Shown piece by piece: positions 50,301-61,169 of a stretch of DNA of 64,000 nucleotides. The position numbers were made by a program, and so were the translations under genes. The DNA is taken from assembly GCA_051294905.1 (NCBI GenBank), contig CM119371.1, positions 13,208,001-13,272,000 on the forward strand, written 5' to 3'. The notes beneath the pieces are model-generated. The model was not told the origin of the DNA. It saw only the letters and a program-made list of their open reading frames with translations, and searched no databases. Origin of the DNA: Botryllus schlosseri. Lineage: Eukaryota. Position 1 is the first letter of the stretch; each line of letters begins with the position of its first letter.

Positions 50301-53300
50301 AAAACCGTTCTCGAAAAGCTGAAGTACCATGACCATGGCTGGCTCATCTGTCTAGATTTGACAATGGTGAACTTTTTGCTGGGGCAACAAAGTTACTACG
50401 CCGAATACCCATGTTTCCTATGCTACTAGGAGGCTAAGGATCAGCACTGGAACAAAGAAGAGTGGCCTTCAAGGCTCACCTTGACGCCTGGAGCGATTTT
50501 TTTTGACATGTAAAAAAAAGTCAAAATAAGGTCAAAATTTTAGCGTTAAGTCAAAAAATGTCAAAATTGTTTACAAAGACAAAATTTTTTGCAACCTGCA
50601 TTTCGTTTGTATTGTAGATTTTGCGCAATCGGTGATCTTATCGTTTGACAATTTACAGCTTGTAGCCTACTTTATAGCCTACCGTTGCAAACGGCGCATT
50701 GTCTGGTCATTGCGATCATATACAGTCAAATGAAACAAATTGGTTGACACGGTGTTATGCTCAACGTACCGCGATATCTTAAGTGAAGCAAGACTGCGTG
50801 GGCATTGCATAGTTCTTACAAAAATTGAGATGTACACCATTGTAAGAACGAACGAATACGGTGTGTCACCAGCAGTGTACGCACGCACAACTTCAGTGTT
50901 GTCAGCCAACAGCTGCTACAGTTGAACGTTCTTTCTCCATTCTTCTTGTTGCCGTTTGTATATTCATGGTGTTTGTCGACTAAAATGGTCATTTACACGA
51001 GGCCGATACTCCTTATTTTCGATTCCGTATCCGCCGAGTATCTGCCGACTTGTAACACGGCCCACTTCTATGCTTTTTGTAAGTCACCGCTTACGCGGAT
51101 GAGATGGCGAGGAGGAACCTAGATAAACCTTCATCACTTTGTTAGGAATTCTGGAGTCGACCTCGGTCGGACTAGAACCCACAACCCATTGGTGTTGTAG
51201 CTGTGGATTATCCCACTACGCTATCTCGCCACATCTCCATCCTTGGCCAGCTACTTAGTAAAGACAGATACTTTTTACCCGAGAATCAGGGATATCTAGA
51301 ACTAGATATTTAGATATCCCTGCCGAGAATGTAGGAAAGTATCTTTCGTGGTATTACAACAAATTTTAATTATTTTTACCAAACTACGTCATGTACTGGA
51401 ATTCATCATAGGGCCAGATTTTGTTAAAATAATATTTTGTTATGTAAAAATTTGTCAGTTTTTGAGTCAGAAAAGTTTTTTCAGGGAAAACTACTTCGTA
51501 AGGACAGACAGTTCAAACCAGTTCTACCATTTTTTGGGAAAACACCTAATTTGCATACGTTAGGTCAAAATTTGGTCAAGATTTAGTTTTTTTAAGTCAA
51601 AAAATGTCAAAATTTTGATTTTTTAGGTCAAAATCTTTCGTTTTTTAGGTAAAAAAAATCGCCCTAGTAATCAGTTTGTTGATATCAATAAGATCATCTT
51701 GCCTCCTCTTCACATCAAACTTGGTCTCATGAAACAATATGTAAAAGTTTTGGATCGTGAAGGGGAGTGTTTTAAGGATATATATATGTTATGATTTTCT
51801 AGTCTCAGTGAAGAGGAAAAAGAACTGGGATTTTCAATGGACCTGAAATTAGACAATCGTTAAAGGATTAAAATCTTGCATATAATCAATGCTGCCATTC
51901 GATGCTAGAGCTTGGAATGCTTTCGGTGCTGTTTTTTAGGAAACAGAAAAGCAGAAAATTATAAAGATCTCTTAAGGGAGCAACTGCTTAGTTTTGAAGA
52001 TTTATTGGCATGCAGGATGAGCATCAAAGTTAACGATTTGAAGAGATATGCGGATTAGTTTCCAGAACACCTTGGGAAAGTTAGTGAAGAACAGGATGAA
52101 CGTTTCCGCCAAGATATTAAAATTATGCAGGCACGTTATCAAGGTCGATGGAATTTATAGATTGATTTGTGTTTCTCACACCAGTGAGAATCCGGTACGA
52201 GCAAGGACAAGTACACAGTCGCCACCTGTACCTGGATTTTCATATGATAGCCGAATATTGCTGGAGTTGGAAAAGAAAAATTCCAGATGCTGCTCGTAAA
52301 ATAAAGTCCCTCAAAAGAGCATTTTTAAGCTTATAAGTGAAGAGTTCATATTTTATGAAAGCTCTTTTTGGATTGTTTCTGAACTCGCCATGCCCAAGGC
52401 CCTGTCTTCAGAATTTCTGCACTTCATTGGAATGTCTATGTGCATATTGTGTGAACTCTATGCTATAATTCAGATAATACCTTGTTACTTTCCTATCGAC
52501 ATGTTCGTCAGCATAATGTAGCTTTTGATTTTATTATGGTTGCTCTTTTGCATGCCTATTTTCTATTCCGGGGCAGAAAATTTTTATAGAGACAATGCCA
52601 ATTTGTGTGAATCTAATATAGAATGCTTGTTTGCTAATTAAAGCTGGATTATTGCAGGTAAACCAGTGTTTATTGCATCATAATTCCTTGTTTCGACAAC
52701 AGAGGGGGGTCAAAAATTGATTTTTTTTTAATTAGGGATATTTCATATCTCAAAAAGGTGATGTGATAGAGAAAATCTGAGGTCATTTTCGGATTCAGCA
52801 CCCGAAAATTAGCCAAAATCAGTTGTCAAAACCCAAACCTGAAATATTGTGTAGACCAGTGTTATTTAGCTTACACAGCCTATATATTAATTCTGCCACA
52901 TTATCATGTCATTCCTTTGTGACGTCTTCAAGCCCGCATGCCCGCACACGCACGAAAAAGTAGCGTTCAGCGCCTTTGACGGACCCCTGATAAATTACTG
53001 CTGCACTAACGCCTGTGAGTTCGTATTTACCTACCGCACGATATTCGATTGCAGTTCTTTTGTGCATAAGCTTACATGTATTCGATCTCTCAGACATCCC
53101 GTAATGATCGCCAAAAGTTCATCGTTGATTTCGCAGTACGACAAATTGAAGAAATTCAAATGTTTAGTCCTTGCCGCCAGCGATCCAACGATATGAGCTT
53201 CATCGCGACTCAACGAGATCTGAGATGCGTTAATCACGGAGAGTTGTTTGATAACCACGTCGTCGTCTGTTTCGTAAATTGCCGCATACAGTTCCATACG

Positions 53301-56300
53301 AACGTGACTGTCCTCATTCTTATCAAGTAGCAAATGAATCGATCGAGAAAGAACTTTTTGTTTCAGCCATCGATTTGAGACTGTCAGGCAAATAAATACA
53401 CTCACAAAATGTCGTTGAAAGCGGGTGAATATAGATACGTGTTACGCAGAGACATATCGGCAGGGATGAAAGGCATAATTGCCCAAATGTCTTCGACTCG
53501 GACGTCTGTTTTCACTTTGCGACTCAATAAATCCATGGCATCATGTCATTGTTGTAAAATATCGAATCTCGGCCTATCGCTCAAATTACCAAATGCTCTC
53601 GGCAGATTTTACCCATTACTACGATGCCAAGTGTGCGAAGACCATCAGTCACAAACTCAAAATGGATAAAGACTGACTTTTCCAACTTGAAAGGCGCCGC
53701 GGGTCATAATCTCTGAACAGGTATGAGCTATAGGCCTACGGTTTTACGGCGGTTTAACGGCACTGCGTCAATCAATGAACTGTTTTGCTATGAAACTTGG
53801 GTAATGTATAAATTTACTTTAAAACTGAAAAATTCAGATATCATGATGACGACTAGGGTTTTGATTTCATATATGAGCCACACCCGATGATTGTGAACGG
53901 TCAGCAGCAACTAAAAACTCTGTATTGGGTCAAATTTGTCGTCAGTTATATCAAGATCGTTTGAAAATGTTCGTCTGCCTGTGGTGAAATTGAGGACGAT
54001 TATTTTCTATTCCCTTTGTGACTTTGTTGAGATAAGGGACAAATTGCGTTGCCTATTCTAAAATGCTTCCGATCACGAAACTTCAGTTTAATGGCCTCTG
54101 ATCAAGTCCTGAACACGGATAATCTGTAACCTCTTGTAGCATAATACTGAGAACCGTATGTTTCGTTCTGAATGCAATAGTTGCAAAGCAGTTGATACAT
54201 CGGGTTCGGTCATTATACTCCGAAACAAAACAGTACCCGAGTGTCCATGAAATAGTCTGATTTATGGTCTGCTCCCGCATTTTTCATGTTGTAATAAATG
54301 AGCGCAACTTAAATTGAGGCCTGTACGGGTATTCGAATGCAATACGCAGTATGGATGCTAAAATACTGAGCGCCCAATAAGTCAGTGAAACGGCATCGCT
54401 GTTGGCGGATCGGTGATGGTTTATATCAGTGATTCTTAACCTTGTCTCCAGCGTCCCCCAGGTGGCGATTTGGATTTTGAAGGGGGCGGAAACGCTCAGT
54501 GGGCTAAAAGGGGGCGCTGGACTCAGGGGGCGGTATGGGGGCGGGGGACTGACGAAAAATGACATCGCAGTAGATGATGTAGTAAGGTCATATCATTATA
54601 TAGTGGAAAAATAGTTCTATATATATCCCTGAGTTTTCATTGCAAACTAACAATGAGGGCCGAGTTCAAGTTTCGCAAGTTTCGCAAGTTTCATGCGATT
54701 GATGAGTGCATCTATCGAATCGTAAGCCTAGTATTGGTATATCGCGGATATGACAGGCATCACTGTCATTATGTTGGATGATACATCAAAAGACAAGTTG
54801 AGTCCAATCATAGTTTGTCGAATCATAAAGCATTCAGTCCTCACGAAACTTACACACATGCGACAGACGAACGGTCGACTTTAGTTGAAAGCAGTGCTTT
54901 TCAACCTTTTTGAGCTCCATTCGCACTTTTTTTTTGAAAAATAATTTCATTCGCACCAGTCAGCCGAAATTTAGTACACGGAAAGAAAATGAAGAAACTT
55001 ATCCCTTTTGTATTCGAAGAGCTTGTTAGCTTCTTGGAGGTACAGAGCTTCATTATTTTGCATTCAGCGACTCCCTTGTTCTCAAGAAGTTCGTTGCATT
55101 TTCCGAGGGGTATTGTGCAGTGATTTCCTTGGAAGCTTAAAGGGCGAACCCAAGAACAATATTCACTCGCAACAATATCACTTTGCCACTAAATCCACAT
55201 GTTACGTCATCGCGATGTGAATGTGTTTGCATTTAGAACGCACAAAATAGTGAAACTGTACTTGAATCGTAGCATCAATATTGCGACTAGCACCTTTGAT
55301 TCATTTTTCTGACAACATTCGAAAAGATGCTTCGAGTACTAAGGTATGTTAGATAGGGTTACTATACGTCCTCATTTAGGAGGATTTGTCCTCCTTTTTC
55401 GGGTTTTTGAAAATGTCCTCCGAGGACGCCTAAATGTCCTCCTTTTTGTGATTTTGTCCTCTTTTAAGGAATTTGTCAAATTTATAGCAAAATTCGACTG
55501 AGATGCCGTAAATCAGAACCGAAGTGGCGCTCCGGAGGGTATTTCGGGAGCTGAGCCAAAGTTGACCTTTTTTTAATTTTAGTCCTCCTTTCCCAATTCC
55601 AAAATATGGTAACGCTAATGCTGGTCGATTGGAGGGTACGGTGGGCGTTAAAATCAGGAATACATTGCTATACAAACCCTCACAATCCGATTAATTGATA
55701 ACTGTATTTATGGATAAGCTTATAGGCTAATTCACTTCTAATCTATGCAGTACACAAATCAACATATCTTTCAATAACAACGTTCGGCATCCTTGTGTTG
55801 TCAAAGCCAACACTTTCACCTTCTTGAAAAATTATTACTCACATAAGATTCATGTGTTATATCGGCCCGGGTAGCCAACGGCGGAATGGCTCCTATAAGT
55901 CAATCGTACAATATTGGAAAACTGACTGAAATAATGCCAAATTATCTGTACTATCCCACATATCCTTATACATAAAGAGTAATAAGGTTCAACAGTCTAA
56001 TTAAGCTTAAATTAGGCTGCATAAGGAATATCGTAAGACATACGGCTTGGTGGATTTTATTTTGCTCTGCAGAGGGTGCTCACTGCTCACTGCTCATCTG
56101 CTCAAGCTAAACCTGTAGAGGTCGGAGTATTACAAAGTTTTTAGTACAAAGGCGGTACAAACACGAACTAGGCAAACTTTTCCTATGGATCAACAACCTT
56201 AGTGGAATCACCACTATGTTATATATAGGCATAAGCCTTTACGATCCAGGCCATTGCACTGGTCAGTAGGTAAACTGCCCAGTGACTTAATAATTCGATG

Positions 56301-59300
56301 TGATGTGAGATAAATATTCATTGGACGTAAGACACTAATTTGCCTACACTAATTTTATTTATAGCAGCCACTAATCCTTGGTTAGGTGCATGAGTAAACA
56401 ACACTTGTTATAGATCTAATGTGCTAATTGTTATAGCTGAAGAAACGCTAAATTCTACTGTTAACAAACATGAATGTGTGTTAAAATTCCAATATTTTTC
56501 ATTCAAATATGCCAAATGTCAACGTTGGCATCAGCTACTATTACCAACATTCCTACAAGGTCCGTATACAATATCAACACACGGTGGATGTTTCCGAGCA
56601 AGTGAGCAACTGATACCGATTGAACTCCTTCTTTTTTCCATGCAGTGACGTATTCCTCTTGCACGGAAATATTATCTCAAACTTTGCATTATGCACGCAT
56701 CGGGAGCGTTCCTCACTTGTGAACTAGAAAAGCCTAGCTACCAACAAGTTTTTAGAATTGCTTCCAAACGACAAAATTTACGTGCTCACTGTACTTAATA
56801 TCGTGTTTATTTGAATTATTCCACGTCGGAAAAAGTGAGAAACATGGACAATTTTCATTCGCACTCATCCGGATTTTTCATTCGCACCATTCGCACCACT
56901 CTTGCCGTTCGCACTCATCCGGGTTTTTCATTCGCACCATTCGCACCACGCCCGCCATTCGCACTGAAATTATTTTCATTCGCACTAGTGCGAACCGTCA
57001 CACAGGTTGAAAAGCACTGGTTGAAAGTATTTTTGATTTATTGATAGGCTGTGGCAAGTGAGAGACGTTCATTGTAGCAGCCTATCATACAGACGCATTA
57101 CGCAATCTTTCACCAGCAACTTGGCCTCCCTTTCTCACCCCTTGGCAATGATTCTCTCCGAAAATCTCATCATTCGGCATGGTAAGTTATGCGGATTAGG
57201 CAACTCCTGTATGGCGGATAGTTCCACTGCATTCGATCCTTCCAAATGAATGAATTATTTGGTCCTGGTTAACGTATACAGTAGGGATGGTGTGAACGTG
57301 AGGTTCACGTTTGCGTCCTGTGTGTGAACTTCGGAAATTTAGAGGTTCGCGTTCACAACAGAACCTTAGCAGGTTCTGCACGGTGACCCTTTTTCATATA
57401 TTACAATCTTCACGTCATTATAACATCTTTCGATCAAATTTATTGCATTTCAACTGCGGGCCACTCTATGCATGGCGCTGGCAGTATAAAAAATCAACAC
57501 TAAACGAGCATACACTTTGACAATCTCTAAAGTTTTACTTGCTTTGTTTCAAAGGTTTCCTCGAAATATCCAGCTTTCCGTTTGCGAAAATTTAGTGACT
57601 CTCTGCTGTGACCTTGACCCGCAATCACACAACATCACGAGCGAGATGTGTAGTTAGTGAATGATGCTTATTCAACTATATCAATGAGATTGATATCGTT
57701 TTCTAGCAGGCGTGCGGGGTCAAACTTGACTTCATATTTTTACTGTATCATTAAAACCAAATCCGTGCGATTGAGGTGTTGGCTACTGCTGTATAACTTG
57801 TTAATTGGGTAATATCGGCCGCAAGTATATAGAAACCCGTTTCACACTCTGCTCAATATCAATGTAGCAATACTCAGATGCTGAATTCATTGTCCGGTCT
57901 GGCCTCGACCGTTAAGGCGTAAGCTTATACTCCCTGGTAAGTCCTTGTCGAAATCGCTGGCTAAGCGACGAAAGATATTGATTTTATCGGAATATTATAT
58001 CCTTTGATTGCCTCAGTTGATACATTTAGCGACGTTTAAAACGCCAATATGTACTTCAGCATTATGTGGCCTGAGTCGTCGCTGGGTATCGTGTACACTG
58101 TACAGTAGGGCTGTTCAAAAATGACTTTTTTTCCTGAATGTTGTTGGCTACGTGATTAAATCGTTAGGTTGCCTTAAAAAACGACGCTCACGAAATTTGA
58201 ATTCATTCCAACCAATATTCGCTGGTTTCGTAGAGTTTGAAAATTTTGAATTTGCCCAAAAACGCAAAAAAATTTTTTTTTTCAAATTTTTCTGCCAACC
58301 CCATGAAATTGTTGGACTGTCTTCAAAAACTATGCAAAACAAATTTGACTTAATTCCAAGCCGTAGAAGTGGAGTTATTCTAGTTTTTCGATGATAATTC
58401 TTGGATTATCCACCGATCATGGATAATCCCAGAATTATCGAATAAAAACGGCCCTACTGTACAGTGTACACACTCGTGGCCGTTCTCTTTTTCATTTAAA
58501 GGTCCTGGAATCTACGATCATAAAGCTACGAAAGCCGATTCTCTGTCGCCAGAAGGAACGCCTCTACACTCTTGGAATATTTCATTAATGTTATGTGTTG
58601 TGTTTTCGGTTATTTATAACCGAATATGTACTCGTTAACATTTGTTTTGTACCGTTACTACCGTATCTAGCCCGTCTACTAGTTGTTTGTTTTTGTTATT
58701 ATTACGTCATACAGACAAAATAGTTCTTACATTTCGAATTTGATTCACCCCATCACTAACGTTCGCTACTGATGAGAGTTAGTCGAAAAGCTTTTAGCGA
58801 ATAAATTAACGTTAGTGTACACACTGTGTCACAATAATATAGGCTAGGGATTGGAATTGACAATATGACGTCACGAGGTTCACGTTCGCGTTCACACAGA
58901 ACCTTTGAAAAAGGTTCGAGTTCACACGAACCTGAACCTTTCAGAGGCTCACACCATCCCTAGTATACAGGACATGGATATGATCATTCAGCAGTAGCCT
59001 ACTTCAAGCGAATCCACCGGAATAATTATGTCACGACAAAAATGTCCTGCATGAAGGACGACGTACTACGACTGCATTTCTGAAAAAACGTACATCACCG
59101 AAAACAATATTATACGCCATGACTCACCTTCATGAAGATGATCCCGCGAGGTATCGTAAATGATACCGCACACGGATCTGCGGACAGCCAACCATCGCTC
59201 TTTGTGAAGGTGTTTATAGTTGAAGCTCATGAACTTTACAAGCGCCATTTCAGCTACAAAGTCCGCTGCAAGAAATTCGTGCAGACTTTGATAACAGAAA

Positions 59301-61169
59301 ACGAAACTGAAATCGCCCTCCAATTGATTGCAACAGATGAGTTTATTTCCAGTAACCTTTATCATGAGATCACGAACTTCCTCTTTTGAAATTTTAAACA
59401 TTCTCAAATCGTTTTCATTGAATACCATTCTTTCTTCTTTTACACCACGATAGGCTATCGCTTTCAATTTCTTGATAACTTCGACGATATCCGCAACTTT
59501 TTTAATGTTTTTCACGCCAATCAGAGTTGATATGATTTTTTGGTAAAGTCCTGTGACCGTCATAGGAGGGGATTTATTCGGATCATTGGCCATTATAACG
59601 GCGGTTGAGATCAGAAAGACAGGAACGGATAATAAATTGAGTAGCCATGGTGACATCCTGGCTATCTTTTCCCACACTTTATCCCCATCCGGACCTATCA
59701 TAAACACGAAGAGCTTCTGTGCGTCGTCTAACGTCAGACCAGAAAGCGTGATGATGTCGGCAGGTCGCGCTCCTGCGCGTAACTCCGAGATTTCAAATTC
59801 TCGCGAAGAGATGACGATCTTTGTATCCTTTAGTAGATTACGTGATAGAATATTGTACATGATCGTTGCTGCGTCGGTTAGGGTGGATGAATTTATGATA
59901 GTGTCGCTCCTGTTATTGATTTGCCACGAAGCCTGATCGAAACCGTTGAAGAATAAAAGTGATTCTGATTGATTGTTGAGCAACCACTGATATGCATGCT
60001 CTTCATCGACTTCATTCCAACAGAGGCCGCCGAATAGAAATTTAGATGGTTTCATTATTCCCATATCTTGTATGTCTTTTATTTCTATGTAATGTATCAA
60101 TTTGTATTTGAGCTGACAGGGGTCTGAAATGTATTCTGTATTGGAAAGTGAATGATCCAAGGCCCTTTTAGCGATTCTGCGAATGAGAGTTGTTTTCCCC
60201 GATCCCGCAGACCCAACTATGGCGGTGATTGAACTTTCATCCTTGATATATCGTTCAAAAACTTCATCAATCGTACTGAATTTTTGGTCATCAAGTTTTT
60301 GTTGCAATCCTACCTCCATCGTAAATTGATTTTTCACCAATTGCTTCTTTTGTCGCAAAAAACATTTTCTACTTACTGAGACCTCCGTGTTCCGCAACTT
60401 TTCACAATTGCATTTGTAATATTCTAAACCACTGACATGCCTCATCTGAGGATGAACTTCGAAATCCGGTTTCCTGAGGTTCTCGGCCCACATGTTTTCA
60501 AGAATTCTGTCCGCCGTCTTTCGCGATGCATTTTCGTTGATGTAACTAATCAGAGCTAAAGAAAGATAACATTGTTCTTGATTCGTCACAAATGACTAAT
60601 GAAAACGATAACATGTCATCTGTTGATTCTACTCTTTTCTTTGCGAACACTTCCATATCCATGACATTCACTATCTACTATGGCTAACATATTTTGGAAA
60701 GCTGAAAAAAGGACACTTGTTCAAAATTTTCAGCCTTGCAATACCGGAGGAAAATCCTGAAAAAATGGTAAATTTTTTGCACTTCGTGGTCGGTTGACTA
60801 AAAAAAGAGAAAAAGTCAGCTTTGCTGCTCGGCTCCCGCAATAGCCGGCCCAGCATTACTTCAGTGCTGATTTACTGTATCTCAATCCAATTTGCCCCTA
60901 TATTTAACTGAAATTCTCAAAAAAGAGGACAAAATATCAAAAAAGTGGACAAATCCTCTTAAACTAGAGCGTATGGTAACCCTACTATATGCATGGGGAC
61001 GATAACCAGGAGTGAGTGTGCCAATAGAGGGGCGAAGCACCAAAGCAGGGGTTACGACATGATGTGCGAAATTATACGATGTTCTGTCATATTCGCGAGA
61101 AGTTACTTTACTATGAAACGGATTGGTTGGCGAATGCGATTGTGAAACCTCAGAAGAATTATTGGGCAT
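32368..61169 (-). CDS. NACHT-domain (NLR-like) protein gene, about 900 aa. Firm exons 59128-60595 and 53076-53380; likely exons 46423-46527, 46042-46164, 43394-43534, 39351-39521, 38875-39070; tentative exons 61107-61169, 43260-43319, 36258-36312, 32368-32425
   Basis: NACHT motifs in the large exon; a phase-consistent AG/GT exon chain gives a stop-free frame ...DHLHE|VSNRWLKQ...RDRIH|VKEVRLTGNN...|VLVLTAEG...|ESALVFKV...|VDLMDIAV...|IEYMRCIF...LEFLE|FCRQITN...FYD|SVNTELMHTKEEDVSLQQS*. Small exons are manual predictions. Confidence 0.6.
32832..33346. mobile_element. hAT MITE
   Basis: Ends cagcggttcc / gaaaacactg; perfect TSD ctctacac; GGGCGA subterminal motifs. Confidence 0.8.
37953..38218. 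mobile_element. hAT-type MITE, TACTT-repeat family
   Basis: TIR cagaggtggtca / tgaccacctctg; perfect TSD gatattac. Confidence 0.9.
38875..39521 (-). CDS. NLR gene, two predicted exons (39351-39521 and 38875-39070)
   Basis: catcaag|VDLMDIAVNGQTYC...EACQQIK|gtagta and ctgcag|IEYMRCIFENGFRASFEEIRSLVNNSNFKKVTLIYMKAVDKLKGDELKKAQKIANDLDTELEFLE|gtaagt; both overlap protein-like track ORFs. Confidence 0.6.
40757..43250 (-). mobile_element. Older Chapaev3-like transposon relic, split by a hAT MITE
   Basis: TTA-CACTGGTCAAC terminus at 40757; minus-strand remnants GYGKKNKYYIHY, SSELLTSLRSEKRLL, VYCRD..GLL*ELGI, YQEHDWIICVSFEILCFL and HMLADYC, in the expected order. Confidence 0.65.
41495..42468. mobile_element. 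Young hAT-type MITE with AGTCA/GACTCGAGTC arrays, inserted in the Chapaev3 relic
   Basis: TIR cagtgttgggat / atcccaacactg; perfect TSD ctaagacg. Confidence 0.9.
43394..43534 (-). CDS. NLR gene predicted exon
   Basis: tcacag|ESALVFKVSPNLPSVLYLGLLFEAKFLEHLYANKKELPELSKSKLEK|gttagt; 141 nt, phase 0-0. Confidence 0.5.
43741..44090. repeat. Diverged tandem duplication of a unit of about 175 bp
   Basis: ataaatggaatga...aatcgcattag..tcgctggcaacc occurs twice (43741 and 43916). Confidence 0.7.
44170..45510. mobile_element. Degenerate copy of the GAACC/GGTTCAC hAT-type family; also at 57282-58962 and at the window start (about 40-130)
   Basis: Inverted homology to 57300-58950 over several hundred bp; a SINE is nested at about 45130-45412. 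Confidence 0.65.
45130..45412 (-). mobile_element. tRNA-derived SINE family 3 (second copy about 47340-47570)
   Basis: Reverse strand gctagtggagcagttggttacgcaccagcgtcacgacaccaatggcagtggttcgaatcccgg; body shared with 47340-47570. Confidence 0.7.
46042..46527 (-). CDS. NLR gene, two predicted exons (46423-46527 and 46042-46164)
   Basis: ttccag|VKEVRLTGNNSTATAVRSLL (LRR pattern LxxLxLxxN) and atccag|VLVLTAEGYYIELENEKDVINIICQSERFPIIKFEGYFNVK; both phase 0-0; donor choice uncertain. Confidence 0.6.
50995..51230 (-). mobile_element. tRNA-derived SINE family 1
   Basis: Reverse strand ggcgagatagcgtagtgg...gggttctagtcc gaccgaggtcgactccag; homologous to 8629-8855. Confidence 0.75.
51287..51322. mobile_element. 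36-bp minimal TIR element
   Basis: 12-bp perfect TIR cagggatatcta / tagatatccctg, 12-bp core, perfect 8-bp TSD ccgagaat. Confidence 0.85.
53076..53380 (-). CDS. NLR gene exon: HD2 end and first leucine-rich repeats
   Basis: MELYAAIYE...INASQISLSRDEAHIVGSLAARTKHLNFFNLSYCEINDELLAII fits the ribonuclease-inhibitor-type LxxLxLxxCxI pattern; phase-1 acceptor tgacag matches the NACHT exon donor; gtaagc donor. Confidence 0.85.
54892..57019. mobile_element. 2.1-kb non-autonomous hAT element with ATTCGCAC subterminal repeats
   Basis: Perfect 16-bp TIR cagtgcttttcaacct; perfect TSD gttgaaag; nested family-B MITE at 55354-55617. Confidence 0.88.
57282..58962. mobile_element. hAT-type element (TAGGGATG TIR) with a nested MITE at 58106-58456
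   Basis: TIR tagggatggtgtga / tcacaccatcccta with perfect TSD gtatacag; inner TIR tagggctgtt / aacggcccta with perfect TSD ctgtacag. Confidence 0.9.
59128..60595 (-). CDS. NACHT NTPase exon (NBD, HD1, winged helix)
   Basis: 507-aa ORF: Walker A AIVGSAGSGKTTL, Walker B-like SLLFFNGFDQ, sensor-1 IVISSRE, LSGLT, LLSVPVFL (GxP-like), WH FVFCYQSLHEFLAA; acceptor tttcattag, donor gtgagt at 59127. Confidence 0.92.

Larger units (their letters stand above)
50489..51666. mobile_element. TIR element with GTCAAAA repeats inserted in the Chapaev3 transposase
   Basis: Ends tggagcgatttttttt / aaaaaaatcgcccta; transposase homology stops at LTLTPG and resumes about 1.2 kb later; no TSD seen. Confidence 0.6.
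49905..52861 (+). mobile_element. Chapaev3-like (CMC superfamily) DNA transposon relic with about 320-bp TIRs and a disrupted transposase
   Basis: CAC...GTG termini flanked by TTA on both sides; imperfect TIRs about 49905-50226 and 52539-52861; transposase remnants KLKYHDHGWLICLDLTMVNFLLGQQ..YPCFLC, KIILPPLHIKLGLMKQYVKVLD, GIFNGPEIR, SEEQDERFRQDIKIMQARYQGRW with stops and frameshifts. Confidence 0.8.

Noticed and set aside
59132..59936. + strand ORFs of 85 and 127 aa
   Set aside because: Antisense shadows of the NACHT exon
60596..61106. MITE inserted into a continuous NLR coding exon
   Set aside because: Removing the element and one TSD gives a frame that stops after about 18 codons and is not the NACHT frame
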